In this document: in pieces, positions 1 through 12,282 of the stretch
Numbering within the stretch: the first letter of the stretch is position 1
Layout: every line of letters begins with the position of its first letter
Assembly: GCA_951406725.2 (NCBI GenBank)
Contig: OX597828.1
Span: 2,976,001 to 3,040,000, forward strand
From: Octopus vulgaris
Lineage: Eukaryota
Length of the DNA stretch: 64,000 nt
Direction of reading: 5' to 3'
Position numbers and translations under genes: made by a program
Notes under the pieces: model-generated
What the model was told of the DNA's origin: nothing
The model's database searches: none
What the model saw: only the letters and a program-made list of their open reading frames with translations

Positions 1-1210
1 CTTTAATTTTCAAACTTTCTGATCTAAGTGTCTTAATATGTTTTCAGTGATGTAGAATTTACAATGTAATTATTCTTTTTCATCCCAAGTGCCATTATAT
101 TAAACATTGGCAAAGCGTAACCATGCCAAGTACAAAAAATTCAGCAGAACTCTCAGATTTTCAAATTGGTCATATTGTTGGGCAATCTGAGGCTGGTCTT
201 TGCCAGCAAAAAATTGCTGAAAATCTTCAGAGTCCTCTTGCTATTGTTAATAGAATTATAGTGCAATTCAAAAGCCAAAGAAAAGAATCAACTGATTCTC
301 ATCCCAGCCAACCTAGGCCCTCGGAAAGCTTTGCTGTTTGAAGAGAATTGTGGAAAACGAACCCCATTCAAAGGCTTCTGACATTGCAAAACAGCTAGAA
401 GTTAGTCTAAGAATGTGCGTTATATATCTGCATAAGCTTGGGTATTATGGATGAGCAGCTAGAAGCAAACCTCTCCTTCAACCAATTAATATTATGAAAA
501 GAATGAAATGGATTAAGGAGATGTCAGAAAAATCCAGTTCATTTTGGGATAGAGTGATTTTCTCAGATGAATCCAGATTTGCATTATTTTCAGACAGTGG
601 ACGTGTTTGGGTCTGGAGGCTTCTCAATCAAGAACTTGATTTGAAACGACTCCAACCAACTATGAAATATGGTGGTATCTCTGTAATGTTATGGCGAACT
701 GTCACCTGCAATGGTCGCTCTGAGCTGATCGAATGTGTTGGAAAAATAAACTCTGAAAATACATCGAAATACTTAATCAATGATTACTTCCGATGTATTC
801 ACACGATAATATAACGAAAAATGAGTTTTTATTCATGAAAGATGGGACTCCATGCTACACAGCAAAAAAGGAATTAAAAATGGCTGACTGAAAATGGGAT
901 GAAAAAGCTTCCTTGGCTGAACCAATCTCCTGACATGAACCCAATCGAAAATCTTTGGAACATACTAGATAGAGCTATATGGAAAACTCGACAGAAACCT
1001 AAATCTAAAGATGAATTGTTTTGATTGTTGCATGAAAAGTGGGCAGAAATTCCACAAGAGACAATCACAAAGCTCATCAGTTCAAAGCCAAAAAGAGTTT
1101 CTGAATTAAAAACTGCAAAGGGAATGTCAACTAAATACTAAAGTATGTAGTCCTACCTATCAATTACATTTCAATTCTTCGCTTTGCGTATTAAATAAAA
1201 TATTTTGAAA
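1..1210 (+). mobile_element. Degenerate Tc1-family (DD34E-type) transposon
   Basis: Broken transposase: HTH-like ORF 123-341; 'VIFSDESRF' in ORF 494-814; downstream out-of-frame 'LPWLNQSPDMNPIENLW' at about 907-960. Stops and frameshifts present. Confidence 0.85.
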
Positions 1211-1254
1211 ATTAAAGGTGTCTATTTACTTCCTGCATGTCTGTGTGTGGGTAT

Positions 1255-1395
1255 ATATATCTTTCTGTTGAAGAGCGTAGGCTCGAAACATAAAAAGACT
1301 TTTTCTATTCCTGAGCGCTATACTAATACATTTGTTTGTTTGTACTCCACCTGCCTTCGTCTTTTGTTTATTTTCGTAAACTTTCCCTTTATATA
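1255..1395 (+). repeat. Short interspersed repeat with hammerhead-like core (copy 1)
   Basis: tcttt-CTGTTGA-A-GAGC-gtag-GCTC-GAAAC-ATA-aaaga at about 1260-1298. A related copy lies on - at about 9560-10190. Confidence 0.55.
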
Positions 1396-1809
1396 TATAT
1401 ACATATAGGTGTGTCTGTGTGTGTGGGGGGGAGAGGTAAGGGTATACCACAATCCAGTTGTCAACCCTATCCTGTTTATCATAACCTTCAAAACAATAAC
1501 AAATGAATTAAAGCCCAGCTTCTACAGGGAACTTCTGTATACTTATGGCTTAGCTGTTTACAAACAAAATCTATAGAGAAACTGAAGCAGAAATTTCAGT
1601 AAGTTGGGAGGAAGAGAGAATGCTTATAGTATCTAGGATATGGTTGTGCTTCATTTATACGAAAGAAGTCAGTAGAAATTGTATAGGGTGAACCCAGTGT
1701 AATAGGAGGCATGGTGAGATCATAGGCAAGCTATCAAAGAAGGCAGACATTGAATGCAGCAGTTGCACGAAGGTAATAAGCACTATGAGCACTCAGGTAA
1801 TAGATTCCT

Positions 1810-2345
1810 ACAAATGTCCAGATGGTTCTCTCGAAGCACTTGATAGATAACGAGGTAACGCAATTAGCAATGGAGGGGTAGTGTTGCAAAAATGTGGTAA
1901 CCAGAATCAGAACAGGTTGGACAAAATCTTGGAATCTGATATCTCTACTAGCAACAAAAGGTTTCTTACTCAAAGTCAAGAGTAGATTGCATGATGCTTA
2001 TGTGCAACTGCATGGCAATGAGATACAGGCCTTGAGTGTAGAAGATATGTGAAGCTTTGCTGGCTGTACCATGTTAGTGAAGATGAACAGCAAGAACTGA
2101 GAGGCAAACTGAGTATAAGAGGAATCAGAATTAGTGTGCAAGACTGTACGAAGACTGAGCTGATATGAGCACATGATGTGAAAAGAGGATGACAGCTGTA
2201 TAAGCAAGTGCCAAGCACTGAAAGAGGAAGACCAAAGACATGGGACAAAGTGGTGAAAGATGATCTCAAAAAAGTAGATCCGATGAAGGAAATGACAGAG
2301 GATTGTGTTGAATAGGGGTACATAATGCTAGAGGAGACCCAGTCT
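1810..2345 (+). mobile_element. Degenerate RTE-clade LINE, RT C-terminal fragment
   Basis: Reads '..TRIRTGWTKSWNLISLLATKG..KVKSRLHDAYV..RGRPKTWDKVVKDDLK', paralogous to the RTE fragment at 5872-6600. Confidence 0.7.
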
Positions 2346-2409
2346 CCCACACTGGCCGTCAAAATACTTGTTAACATAATGGGATCATGTAAATGTCCTC
2401 ACCACTTAC

Positions 2410-2533
2410 TGCTGCCTGTTTAAAATGTCAAGGGAATTATGCAAAAATTCGTTATTATTAGTTGTGTTTATGAATTTTATCTTTGAGAAACTCAGACAAA
2501 CTCTCATTGACTTGAATGTATTTAGCAGAGTTG
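2410..2533 (-). CDS. TERB2: Candidate coding exon 4 of the TERB2-like gene (acceptor ambiguous)
   Basis: Perfect GTAAGT donor at 2409-2404. A phase-1 open frame (TTLLNTFKSMRVCLSFSKIKFINTTNNNEFLHNSLDILNRQ) follows a pyrimidine tract ending in CGG rather than CAG. An alternative AAG acceptor near 2511 gives INESLSEFLKDKIHKHN*. Confidence 0.35.
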
Positions 2534-2694
2534 CCGAAATAAAGACATCCTCTTCTTCCTCCTCTTCCTCCTACCATCCTTTTAATGTTCCCTTTCACTT
2601 GCATGGATCAGATGGAATTCTGTTGAAGCAGATTCTTTACACCTGGCGACTCTCTCTCTACCTTCAGCAAGGTAATATTCATTCGTACCTTTTG

Positions 2695-3020
2695 TCTTTT
2701 ATTTCATTCAGCCATTAGATTGCGGTCATACTGGGGCACTGCCTTGAAGAGTCTTTAGTTGAATGAATCAACCCCAGTACTTTTTTTCAGCCTGGCACTT
2801 ATTCTGTTGCTCTTTTTTGCTAAACCACTAGGTTATGGAGATGTAAACAAACCACACACACACACACGACAGATTTTCCATCTACTAAACTCACTCACAA
2901 GGCTATGATTGACCAGAAGCTACAGCAGAAGACACCTGTCCAGGGTGTCATGCAGTGGGACTGAACCTGGAAGCATGAGGTTGGGAAGCGAGCTTCTTAC
3001 CACACAGCCACACCTGCACC
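2695..3020 (-). mobile_element. tRNA-derived SINE copy (abundant family in this window)
   Basis: Reverse complement of the family best seen at 28961-29305, with an internal (CA)n tract. Confidence 0.75.
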
Positions 3021-3058
3021 CATAGCCAGGATATATCAGACTATAAATAGATACTTAC

Positions 3059-3198
3059 TCTCTTGGAAGGCTTTAGGATACAAAATATAACGACCCAAAG
3101 GTATTTTCATTATATCTTCAGCTAAAATGCAGGCATGAATGTACGAAGCGTGAACAATGGCAACTGAATCTCCTTGGTAAATTGAACTTGAGAATATT
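3059..3198 (-). CDS. TERB2: TERB2-like coding exon 3 (140 nt)
   Basis: ccttccAG acceptor, GTAAGT donor, phase 2 in and phase 1 out. Encodes (K)IFSSSIYQGDSVAIVHASYIHACILAEDIMKIPLGRYILYPKAFQE, which matches the vertebrate TERB2 segment as I recall it (IYQSLDY..ATVFHAYYL..VALGHFILPP). Confidence 0.85.
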
Positions 3199-3730
3199 CT
3201 GGAAGGTAATTGATTTTATCCAATTAGTGCAAATACTCAATAACATGGCTGAATTGCTATTGTTAATGCAGGCACACCCACACATACATCATCATCATCA
3301 TCGTTTAACGTCTGTTTTCCATGCTAGCATGGGTTGGATGGCAATACATATATATATTATTGTTGTGTAGCTCTATGTTGGCCTGGTTGAGTAAACTTCA
3401 CCACATCATCTTATCTATACATTATAGTGTATAAAGATAACAATCTGCTTTTTTTTTTGGCAAAATAGTAAAGATTAGGAGGATTTTCCTGCTACTTCTA
3501 ACAAATTAAGGGACTTCATAAGACCATATATATAGATATAGGTGTAAGTCAGAGGTGTTCAAAACCTCTCAGGGATGGCTAAATCCAAAGGCGCTCCTGG
3601 TGATTAGCTGCATAGGTAAAGTCCTTGTTAAAGGTATATGGCAGCAGGTAATTCAATGGGTAAACTGTAGTTTAAATTATATGCAAGAAGTAAATAGAGG
3701 AATAAGTTAGTTGTTTGCACTAGTAAGCCA

Positions 3731-3798
3731 TTAATTTAATTAATTAATAAAGAACAGTGGTAGTAAAACCACTGTTCTTTATTAATTAATTAAATTAA
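3731..3798. repeat. Perfect 31-bp inverted repeat with 6-nt loop
   Basis: ttaatttaattaattaataaagaacagtggt-agtaaa-accactgttctttattaattaattaaattaa. Confidence 0.95.
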
Positions 3799-3814
3799 AT
3801 GATGATGATGCAGA

Positions 3815-4115
3815 TATATATACATACATATAGATATACATACATATATATATACATACATATATATATATATATACATATATAAATATATACACACACA
3901 CACATATATACACACACACACACACATATATACACACACACATATATATACACACACACATATATACACACACACATATACACACACACACATATACACA
4001 CACACACATATATACACACACACACATACATATACACACACACATATATACACACACACACATATATATACACACACACATATATATACACACACACATA
4101 TATATATATATATGT
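3815..4115. repeat. Compound (TA)n/(CA)n microsatellite
   Basis: Directly visible; source of the YI/CV pseudo-ORFs. Confidence 0.95.
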
Positions 4116-4119
4116 ATAA

Positions 4120-4344
4120 GCACCAACCGATCGTGGCCGATGCCAGACCCCTCTGGCACCTGTGCAGGTGGCACGTAAAAAGCACCCACTACACTCGCGG
4201 AGTGGTTGGCGTTAGGAAGGGCATCCAGCTGTAGAAACACTGCCAGATCAGACTGGAGCCTGGAGCAGCCCCTGGCTCCCCAGACCACGGTCGAACCGTC
4301 CAACCCGTGCTAGCGCGGAAAACGGACGTTAAACGATGATGATG

Positions 4345-4345
<1 letters not shown>
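4120..4345 (+). mobile_element. RTE-LINE 3' end with (GAT)n tail
   Basis: Reverse complement of 5545-5740, which is contiguous with RTE RT sequence. Ends ...ggacgttaaacgatgatgatg. Confidence 0.8.
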
Positions 4346-4377
<32 letters not shown>

Positions 4378-4939
4378 TATAAATACATAAGGAATCCACT
4401 CTTGGGATTCAACACGCTAGAAAGAACAGCTAGGTTCTATAACCACAAAATTAAGGATAAAATTTGACAGGAACGAAATGAAAAAATAAAAACTTATGTA
4501 TGTATATATATATATACGTATATGTGTATATATATATATATACATATATAGTCTTTCGACTAGGATGATACATATACATACATATATCTAGTCCTGCAAA
4601 TTGTATTTCTATATGACAGACTATGCTGATGAGATTGCGGGTATTCACATACATGGATAATAACAATCGAAACTGATCGGTACATAGATAATCATTTTTA
4701 TTTCATATATTTTCATTTGTCTTGCTTATTTCTAATGCTTTGGTTTGTGCTGGATTTTTATTTGAGAACATATTCTTTGTGGAAAACAGCGATTTGACGT
4801 CTATATCTAGCATGTTGACCGTCCACTTTTAGTGGTCAGTCCTTTAAATTTTGTATGTAAAAATATTTTAATCTTCGGATTTTTTTAATATGCTAGGCCA
4901 CTGGTTTTAATTGATTAATATCAATTTCTACCCTTATTA

Positions 4940-5537
<598 letters not shown>

Positions 5538-6615
5538 CATCATCATCATCATCATCATCATCGTTTAACGTCCGTTTTCCGTGCTAGCACGGGTTGGACG
5601 GTTTGACCGGGGTCTGGGAAGCCAGGGGCCGCTCCAGGCTCCAGTCTGATTTGGCAGAGTTTCTACGGCTGGATGCCCTTCCTAACGCCAACCACTCCGT
5701 GAGTGGATTGGGTGCTTTTTACGTGCCACCTGCACAGGGGCCGGGGGATCCGGCATTGGTCGCGATCGGTTCGAGCTTTTAACGTGCCGGCGGCACGGGG
5801 GCAACTGGGTCCGGGGTACTTTGGGGATCTGGGGTACTTTGGGGATCCGGGGTACTTTGAATGGGTAGGGGCTATGTGGAATTGCTGCAGAAAGCAGCCC
5901 GGGTCTTTGCAGTCACAGCATATCTCCAGAGATCTCGGTCTTTCGCCATTGCCTCAGTGAGGCCCAATGCTCTGAGGTCATGCTTGACTACCTCATCCCA
6001 TGTCTTCCTGGGTCTACCTCTCCCCCTGATACCTTCAACTGTTTGGGAGTGGCACTTCTTCACACATCTCTCTTCATCCATCCGCAGCACATGACCATAC
6101 CATCGCAAGCGTCGCTCTTGCACACCACATCTGATGCTTCTTATATCCAGCATTTCTCTTAGGATGCTTACACTGTCTTGCGTGCACACTGACACTACAC
6201 ATCCAGCGGATCATGCTAGCTTCATTTCTTTCAAGTCTACGCATGTCCTCTGCAGTCACTGCCCATGTTTCATTACTGTGAAGCATGGCAGTTCGCACAC
6301 ATGCATCATACAATCTACCTTTCGCTCTGAGGGAGAGACCTTTTGTTGCCAGTAGGGGTAGGAGCTTTCTGAACTTTGCCCAGGCTATTCGTATTCTAGT
6401 GGTGATACTCTCTGTGCATCCACCTCTGCTACTAACTTGGTCACCCAGGTAGCGGAAACTATCAACTACTTCTAGTTTCTCTCCCTGGAGTGTGATGGAA
6501 TCTGTTTTCTGAGTGTCTGTTGTGTCTATTGTCCCTGTGCATCTGCCGCACATGAAAGCTATCTTATCTGTTAATTTCCCTTTAATGTTGCTGCATCTCT
6601 TATGTGTCCATAACT
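5538..6615 (-). mobile_element. 5'-truncated RTE-clade LINE (RT C-terminus, 3' UTR, (GAT)n tail)
   Basis: '[48 protein letters not shown]' and '[21 protein letters not shown]' (one frameshift). (CAT)n on + at 5538-5561. Confidence 0.9.
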
Positions 6616-6672
<57 letters not shown>

Positions 6673-6685
6673 GTATATATATATG

Positions 6686-6719
<34 letters not shown>

Positions 6720-7219
6720 TATATATGTATATACATATATGTATATATATATATGTATATGTGTATATATATATATATGTATATGTGTGTGTATATATAT
6801 ATATATGTATATGTGTGTGTATATATATATATGTATATGTGTGTGTATATATATATATATATGTATATGTATCGTCCTAGTTGAAAGACGCCTGTTTGTG
6901 ATGTCCTATCTTTAGTATTAGTATCATTATTGTTTTTACGTATTATTTTTGTATTCATATTCGTGTAACATCGTCCATTTTTCTGTCCTTGTTTTGTATA
7001 CATTTGAAGTTTTCTTCTAAGGAATCTAATGCGCTTATCTTAGTTTTTCCTTAGGGCTGGCCAGACTGGAGCAATCTCAAGATTAATCAGCCCAAATTGC
7101 GAGGATGATCAGTTTCTTGACTGAAGATTGAAGGTTTTGAATGTCCCGTCCATGTTTTTTATATCGTCTTCAAAATGTTTTGCGTTCTTGTCCCAGTTTG
7201 TATTTATTATACATATATA

Positions 7220-7251
<32 letters not shown>

Positions 7252-7294
7252 TATATACGCACACACACACATATATATATACACACATATATAT

Positions 7295-7337
<43 letters not shown>

Positions 7338-8539
7338 CGAGGGGCATTCAATAAGTAATGCCCCTGACCCACTTCCCATAGCAGTAGAGCAACGAAACTT
7401 GGCAAAGTTATTAGTCTTTTTCTACATAGGAACCACCCAGAGTTACGCATTTCTCCCATCGTTTGATGCAGCTCTGGAGACCGTTTTTGTAGAAGACCCC
7501 AGTTTGGTCCTCCAACCACGACGTGACTTCAGAAATCAAGGCTGCATCATCTGGGAAACGCTTTCCTTTCAAAAACAACTTTGGGAAGAGGAGGGTGCAA
7601 GGTCAGGAGAGTAGGGGGGATGGGGGAAGAGTTCATAGCCGCACGCCTGTGCTTCTGATCTGGCGACAAGCGAATTGTGGACCGGAGCGTTGTCCTGCAG
7701 GTGGATTATGCCTTTGCTGATCTTGCCCCGCCTCTTGATTTTGATAGTTTCTCTTAATTTCCTCAAAAGTGAAGCATAATAGGCTCCTGTAATTGTGGTA
7801 CCCTTTGCCAGGAAATCTGTCATCACTACTCCGTCCTGGTCCCAGAAGACTGTGAGCATGACCTTGCCAGCGGAGGGCTGCACCCTTGCCTTCTTTGGAG
7901 GAGGTGAGTCACGGTGCTTCCACTGCATTGACTCATCTTCTTGGCACATCTCCAAATTCATCCTCAAGCACTCGACGCGTTCTTGCTTCTGGAAAGGTGT
8001 GAGCAACCTGGGAATCCATCTGGCAGACACCTTTTGCATATGCAAATGGTCATGAATGATAGTTTCCACAGACCCGGTACTAATCTTGACCTCATAGGCT
8101 ATTTGGCGAATAGTTATGCGTCGATCTTCCAAAATGGCAGCCTCAACTTGACGGACAGATGCCTCATCAATGGCAGAAGGGGGGCGACCAGATCTGGGAG
8201 CTGTTTTCACAGAGTTCCAACCATGTTTGAATCCACGATGCCATCGTTTTACAAGGTCATATGATGGGGTATCATCACCATAAGTTACTTTCATTTCATG
8301 AAAAGTCTCCTGTGGTGTGCGTCCTTTCAAATACAAAAACCGGATCACTGCTCGACACTCAACAGGCTCCATTTCACACTTGACTCAGTTCAAACACCTG
8401 TAAATCAGAAACCACAATTAGTTCAGAGCTGTAATTTGCCACTTAATCTATAGAGATATGAATAATTGCACATGCAAAATTTCAGCTAGATCAAACAACT
8501 GCAAGTGGGTCAGGAGCATTACTTATTGAACGCCCCTCG
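7338..8539 (-). mobile_element. Mariner transposon with TIRs and TA TSD, internally deleted transposase
   Basis: TA|cgaggggcattcaataagtaatgcccctgacccactt ... aagtgggtcaggagcattacttattgaacgcccctcg|TA. ORF 7569-8372 has WIPRLL, HLQDNAPVH and PPYSPDLAPS but lacks the first catalytic-D (TxDETW) segment and shifts frame after SPDLAPS. Confidence 0.95.
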
Positions 8540-8599
8540 TATACACACACATATTTTTTTTAATTTTATCTAGTTTCAGCTCTCGAGCTGTGGCCATGC

Positions 8600-9370
8600 T
8601 GGGGCACCGCCATTTGGTGTTGCTACATAATTTTACTTCACGAATGCTTTTTAGCAATTGACATTTGGTGCTTGAAAGAGTTTGATGCAGCTGCCCTCAC
8701 CTGCACCTCCTGCCACAAAGTTGGTTCATCTGGGACACCTGACAGGAAGAAGTCCAGTTTTATTTTGAAGATACCTACATGTGCCCCATGCAGGTCTTTC
8801 AGTTCCTTCAGGAGGATATTGAAGAGCTGTGAACCTCTGAAGCCCAGGCTATTGCAATATCTTGTCCTACATCTTGATGGCAAATTTGGAGTCCTTGGCA
8901 CTATGCAGTGACGCCCAGTTCTAGTATTTGTGTAACTCTTGATGCCAAAGTTTTGAACAAGTCCTTCCAGGATCTTCCAGATGTATATTATGGCATATCT
9001 TTCTCGCCTACGCTCTAAGGAAGTCTTAATCTCTTGAGTCTTTCCCAATAGCTTATATGCTGCATAGAGGTTACCTTCTTTGTGTAGCTTCATTGGATCC
9101 CCCTCAAGTTCTGTGATTAATTTGACACTGGATAGTGACCATAGCTGAGAGCAATAGTCAAAGTGGCTTAGGACAAGTGTTCCCCTGAGGACCATCATGG
9201 TTTCCTAGTCTCTTGTTCTAAAAGTTCTAAGAATCCATCCAGTCAGCTACTTGCATTTCATTGCCAATTTAGCAACGTGCACATGAAAGGTTGCATCATT
9301 ACTCATGTAAACGCCCAGGTCTGACACAAACTGTGCCTCTGGTATTGTAATCCCTCCAGGTCCAGTGTAT
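8600..9370 (-). mobile_element. LINE RT C-terminal fragment (CR1/L2/Jockey-like group)
   Basis: 'LVLSHFDYCSQLWS..SLERRRERYAIIYIWKIL..FKIKLDFFLSGVPDEP'. Same family as 26077-27640. Confidence 0.8.
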
Positions 9371-9559
9371 TGCATTTAGTTTGTCCATACATACTCATAA
9401 TTATGTACAGTAGTTGAATTCAGTTACCCAGTAGATGACAACACATTAAAAATTAATGAAAAACAAAACATGTACCAAGCAAATGTTGATATTCTATTGT
9501 GTTTGTATCCCCTCACTTTGACAATGCATTATAGTGTATGTGTGTATATATATTTCTAT

Positions 9560-10190
9560 CAAAATTAAACAAAACAGCAAGAGGCTGACAGGTGGTGGAA
9601 CAACAAACAAGATGTATTAATTTGATCAGTACTGGATTAACCATTAAACAAAATAAGCACATGTTTAGGGCATCAAGGGAAGGCAGGGGGTTTAAATGGT
9701 TTACAGCACAAAAGAAATAACTTTATACTTGCTCAAACAATATTCGAGATGCCTTTATCTCTGCTAAGTATAGATGCAGGTGTGTTACCTAAGATTAATT
9801 TTGAGGATCTGATCAAAGACTTTGCAATAAAAAAAGTAGGAGGAAACTTTTCAAATATAAATAAAGTGGAAGTATACCAAAGAAAACATTATTTTCTTTC
9901 TTACTGTTTTGTTTTGTTTTGAAAAATAAAAATTTATTTTATGGTTTGTTATTGTTTATATTTTGAATTACATAATCTTTTATGGGTGCACCAAAATTTT
10001 TTAAGTGCTTTTAAGGGCCTCAATGGGTCTTAATCCAGCTCTGAGTTTGATGCTCAAGAAAAATGGAAGAGTCATTGATGTTTCGAGCGTATGCTCTTCT
10101 ACAGAAGGAAATAAGAGAAAATAGAAGGAGAGAGGGGAAATAAAAAATAAAAGGTAAAAAATGTGACTGGATTAATGGTTGCACATGTTG
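9560..10190 (-). repeat. Short interspersed repeat with hammerhead-like core (copy 2), split by a hAT MITE
   Basis: Minus strand reads CTGTAGA-A-GAGC-atac-GCTC-GAAAC-ATC at about 10104-10076. The remainder, similar to 1320-1375, resumes at about 9570-9625. Confidence 0.55.
9627..10043. mobile_element. hAT-type MITE
   Basis: TIRs cagtactggattaa / ttaatccagctctg; 8-bp TSD aatttgat / agtttgat (1 mismatch). Confidence 0.8.
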
Positions 10191-10345
10191 AATTATATAT
10201 ACATACATACATATACATAGGAATCTACAAATGAATGACATTACTTGCATGCTGATGATTATGTAATGTCAAGACAAGTTCACACAGATACAAATACATA
10301 TATTAGAGCCATTGTTGTTTTATCTCCAGTCAACTCTCATCGGTT

Positions 10346-11095
10346 ATGAGGCAGTATCAAAAAGTTCCCTGGCTAGTTATGTTTAATAAAAAAATAACTT
10401 ATTTACCTTATGTTTTAACAGCATCTCCTTCGAAATAGTCACCTTGTGCAGCAATACACCAGTCCCAGTATTCCTGGAATTTTGTTTTCATAAGTGAGTG
10501 AAGGACGCTCTTGATTTCAACAATGGTGTTAAAATGGTGACCTTTGAGCTGCATTTAAAATTTTGGGGAAGGGATGGAAGTCCGCAGGTGTTAAATCTGG
10601 TGTGGAAGCGATACCACGTTGTTTTTGACAAGAAACTCACAAGAGAGGAGAGTTTGGTAGCAGAGTGCATTGTTGTCATGAAGAATCCAATTCTTCACAC
10701 TCCACAGATCCAGTTGTTGCTGTGTGTCCTCCCTCAAACACTTCTAAATGTCTCTGCTTGTCCTCCAACGATCCTCATGTACAAGCTGATGAATTTTCTC
10801 TATATTTCCAGGAGTGATACTTGTGGCAGGTTTTCTAGGGACTTTCTTTTGCTTTTGAGGCACCCATGCCATTCAAAACATGGCATACAACCCATTGTCT
10901 CATTGCTGTAAGCTTACCAATGCATGCTGAAAGTCTCTATAGCAGACTTCTCAAGTTTAATGCAAAATTCTACATTGGTCTTTGTTCCAACTTCCTGTCC
11001 TTGACAAAATCGCAGACAAAGCATAAATAAACATGATCACAAAAATACAAATTTCACAACTTGCAAAGTAAACAGAGATGTCACTCGGCAACTGC
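10346..11095 (-). mobile_element. Highly degenerate mariner remnant
   Basis: TIR-like tatgaggcagtatcaaaaagttcc. Minus-strand 'HDNNALCYQTL' (HDNA-like motif) and a mariner-like 3' end near 10425-10480. Confidence 0.6.
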
Positions 11096-11447
11096 CTCTG
11101 TATTGACTTCATTGCTATGGCTGGATGCCCTTCCAAACATCACTCACTTCAGAGAGTACTGGATGCCTTTTACATGTTACTAGCACAAGTTCTGTTTCAT
11201 GTATATATTAAAAGCTTTGTTGGTGTAATGGTTTTTACTCTCTCCTACCTTTCTAAATTTCTCTCTATGTGACTGAAACCACTTTTTGCATTATCTGTTG
11301 TTGTTATTTTATCATTTTAATTTTCCCACTCATAAAAACCTTAGAATACAGGGAAATCTAGAGAAAGCAAAATGAAACCATTGTTTGAAACCTGACAGTT
11401 TTCAAAGCAGGTTACTTAATGTAAATGCTTTAAATGCCTCAACTTAC

Positions 11448-11529
11448 TTGGCAGTATCAGGTGATGTGACATCAGAACTGAACAAAAAGTCTGCAATTTC
11501 AACTGGATGTGTCATACCTCCAAGAGCAA
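11448..11529 (-). CDS. TERB2: TERB2-like coding exon 2 (82 nt)
   Basis: ttcctttctAG acceptor, GTAAGT donor, phase 1 in and phase 2 out. Encodes (V)ALGGMTHPVEIADFLFSSDVTSPDTA(K), compared with recalled vertebrate TERB2 VAEGGTISDPRAADFLFSCDASHPDT. Confidence 0.9.
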
Positions 11530-12167
11530 CTAGAAAGGAATTAACAGAAATACTGAAAATGTTTTATCAAAAGCAAAGCCTGTGCATGATCATGAGTCTA
11601 GTGGAATGGCATGGGATAATCTTAAAGGGTTACCTTGTGTGAATGTGGTGTGGAGTTGGATGCAAAGTGAGCTGTGAATGTGAAGAATAGGAAGTGATTA
11701 GTGAAGGAAAAGTTAGTCTCTCCACCTTATCGCCTGTGTTGTGATTAAAACCCTCTTGGCTCCACATTAACCACTAAGCTCATCTATTCCTCCTTAGAAA
11801 ATTGATCCTCTCAAATCTCTTTGCTCATATATTTCCTGTAGGCGTTGAACTGCAACAGTTTAAATGCAACATTAACAGCATCAAGCTCAGTGATCTTGCA
11901 GGGCCTGCAAAAACCACGAGCAATGCCATTGCTACATGACATTTGTTGAAAAAAAATGCAATAAAAAGAATAACAATATATAGATACAATATTCCAGCAA
12001 AGTTAATGGCTCAGCTTTCTATGTTCAAATCACACTCAATGGAAATGTTTATTCTCCCATAGATGATCAAATAACTGCTTGTAATAAACAGAGATCAAAC
12101 AGCCTCAATACTCAACCAACAAATAATTATATACCATAAAATACATCTTTATTAGTATACTACTTAC

Positions 12168-12282
12168 CCCACAATCCTGTTGTTATAGGCCGTACACTTG
12201 ATGAGAACCATGCACTCAGGCCAGAAAATATCTTCGCACCTCGTCCTACTCTTTTATTCATATCTTCTTGTTCTTCAGCCAT
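12168..12282 (-). CDS. TERB2: TERB2-like coding exon 1 (115 nt)
   Basis: ATG at 12282; MAEEQEDMNKRVGRGAKIFSGLSAWFSSSVRPITTGLW followed by G|GTAAGT. F.G..AWF..SV......W matches the TERB2 N-terminus. A tttattacAG acceptor at 12332-12331 implies an upstream non-coding exon. Confidence 0.85.

Noticed and set aside
1734-1979. ORF containing 'HSAYYL', superficially like TERB2 'FHAYYL'
   Set aside because: It is the antisense reading of an RTE fragment; the true homologous segment is in exon 3059-3198.
7569-8372. Active mariner transposase or SETMAR-like host gene
   Set aside because: The first catalytic-Asp segment is deleted, the frame breaks after SPDLAPS, there is no SET domain, and it sits inside TIRs.
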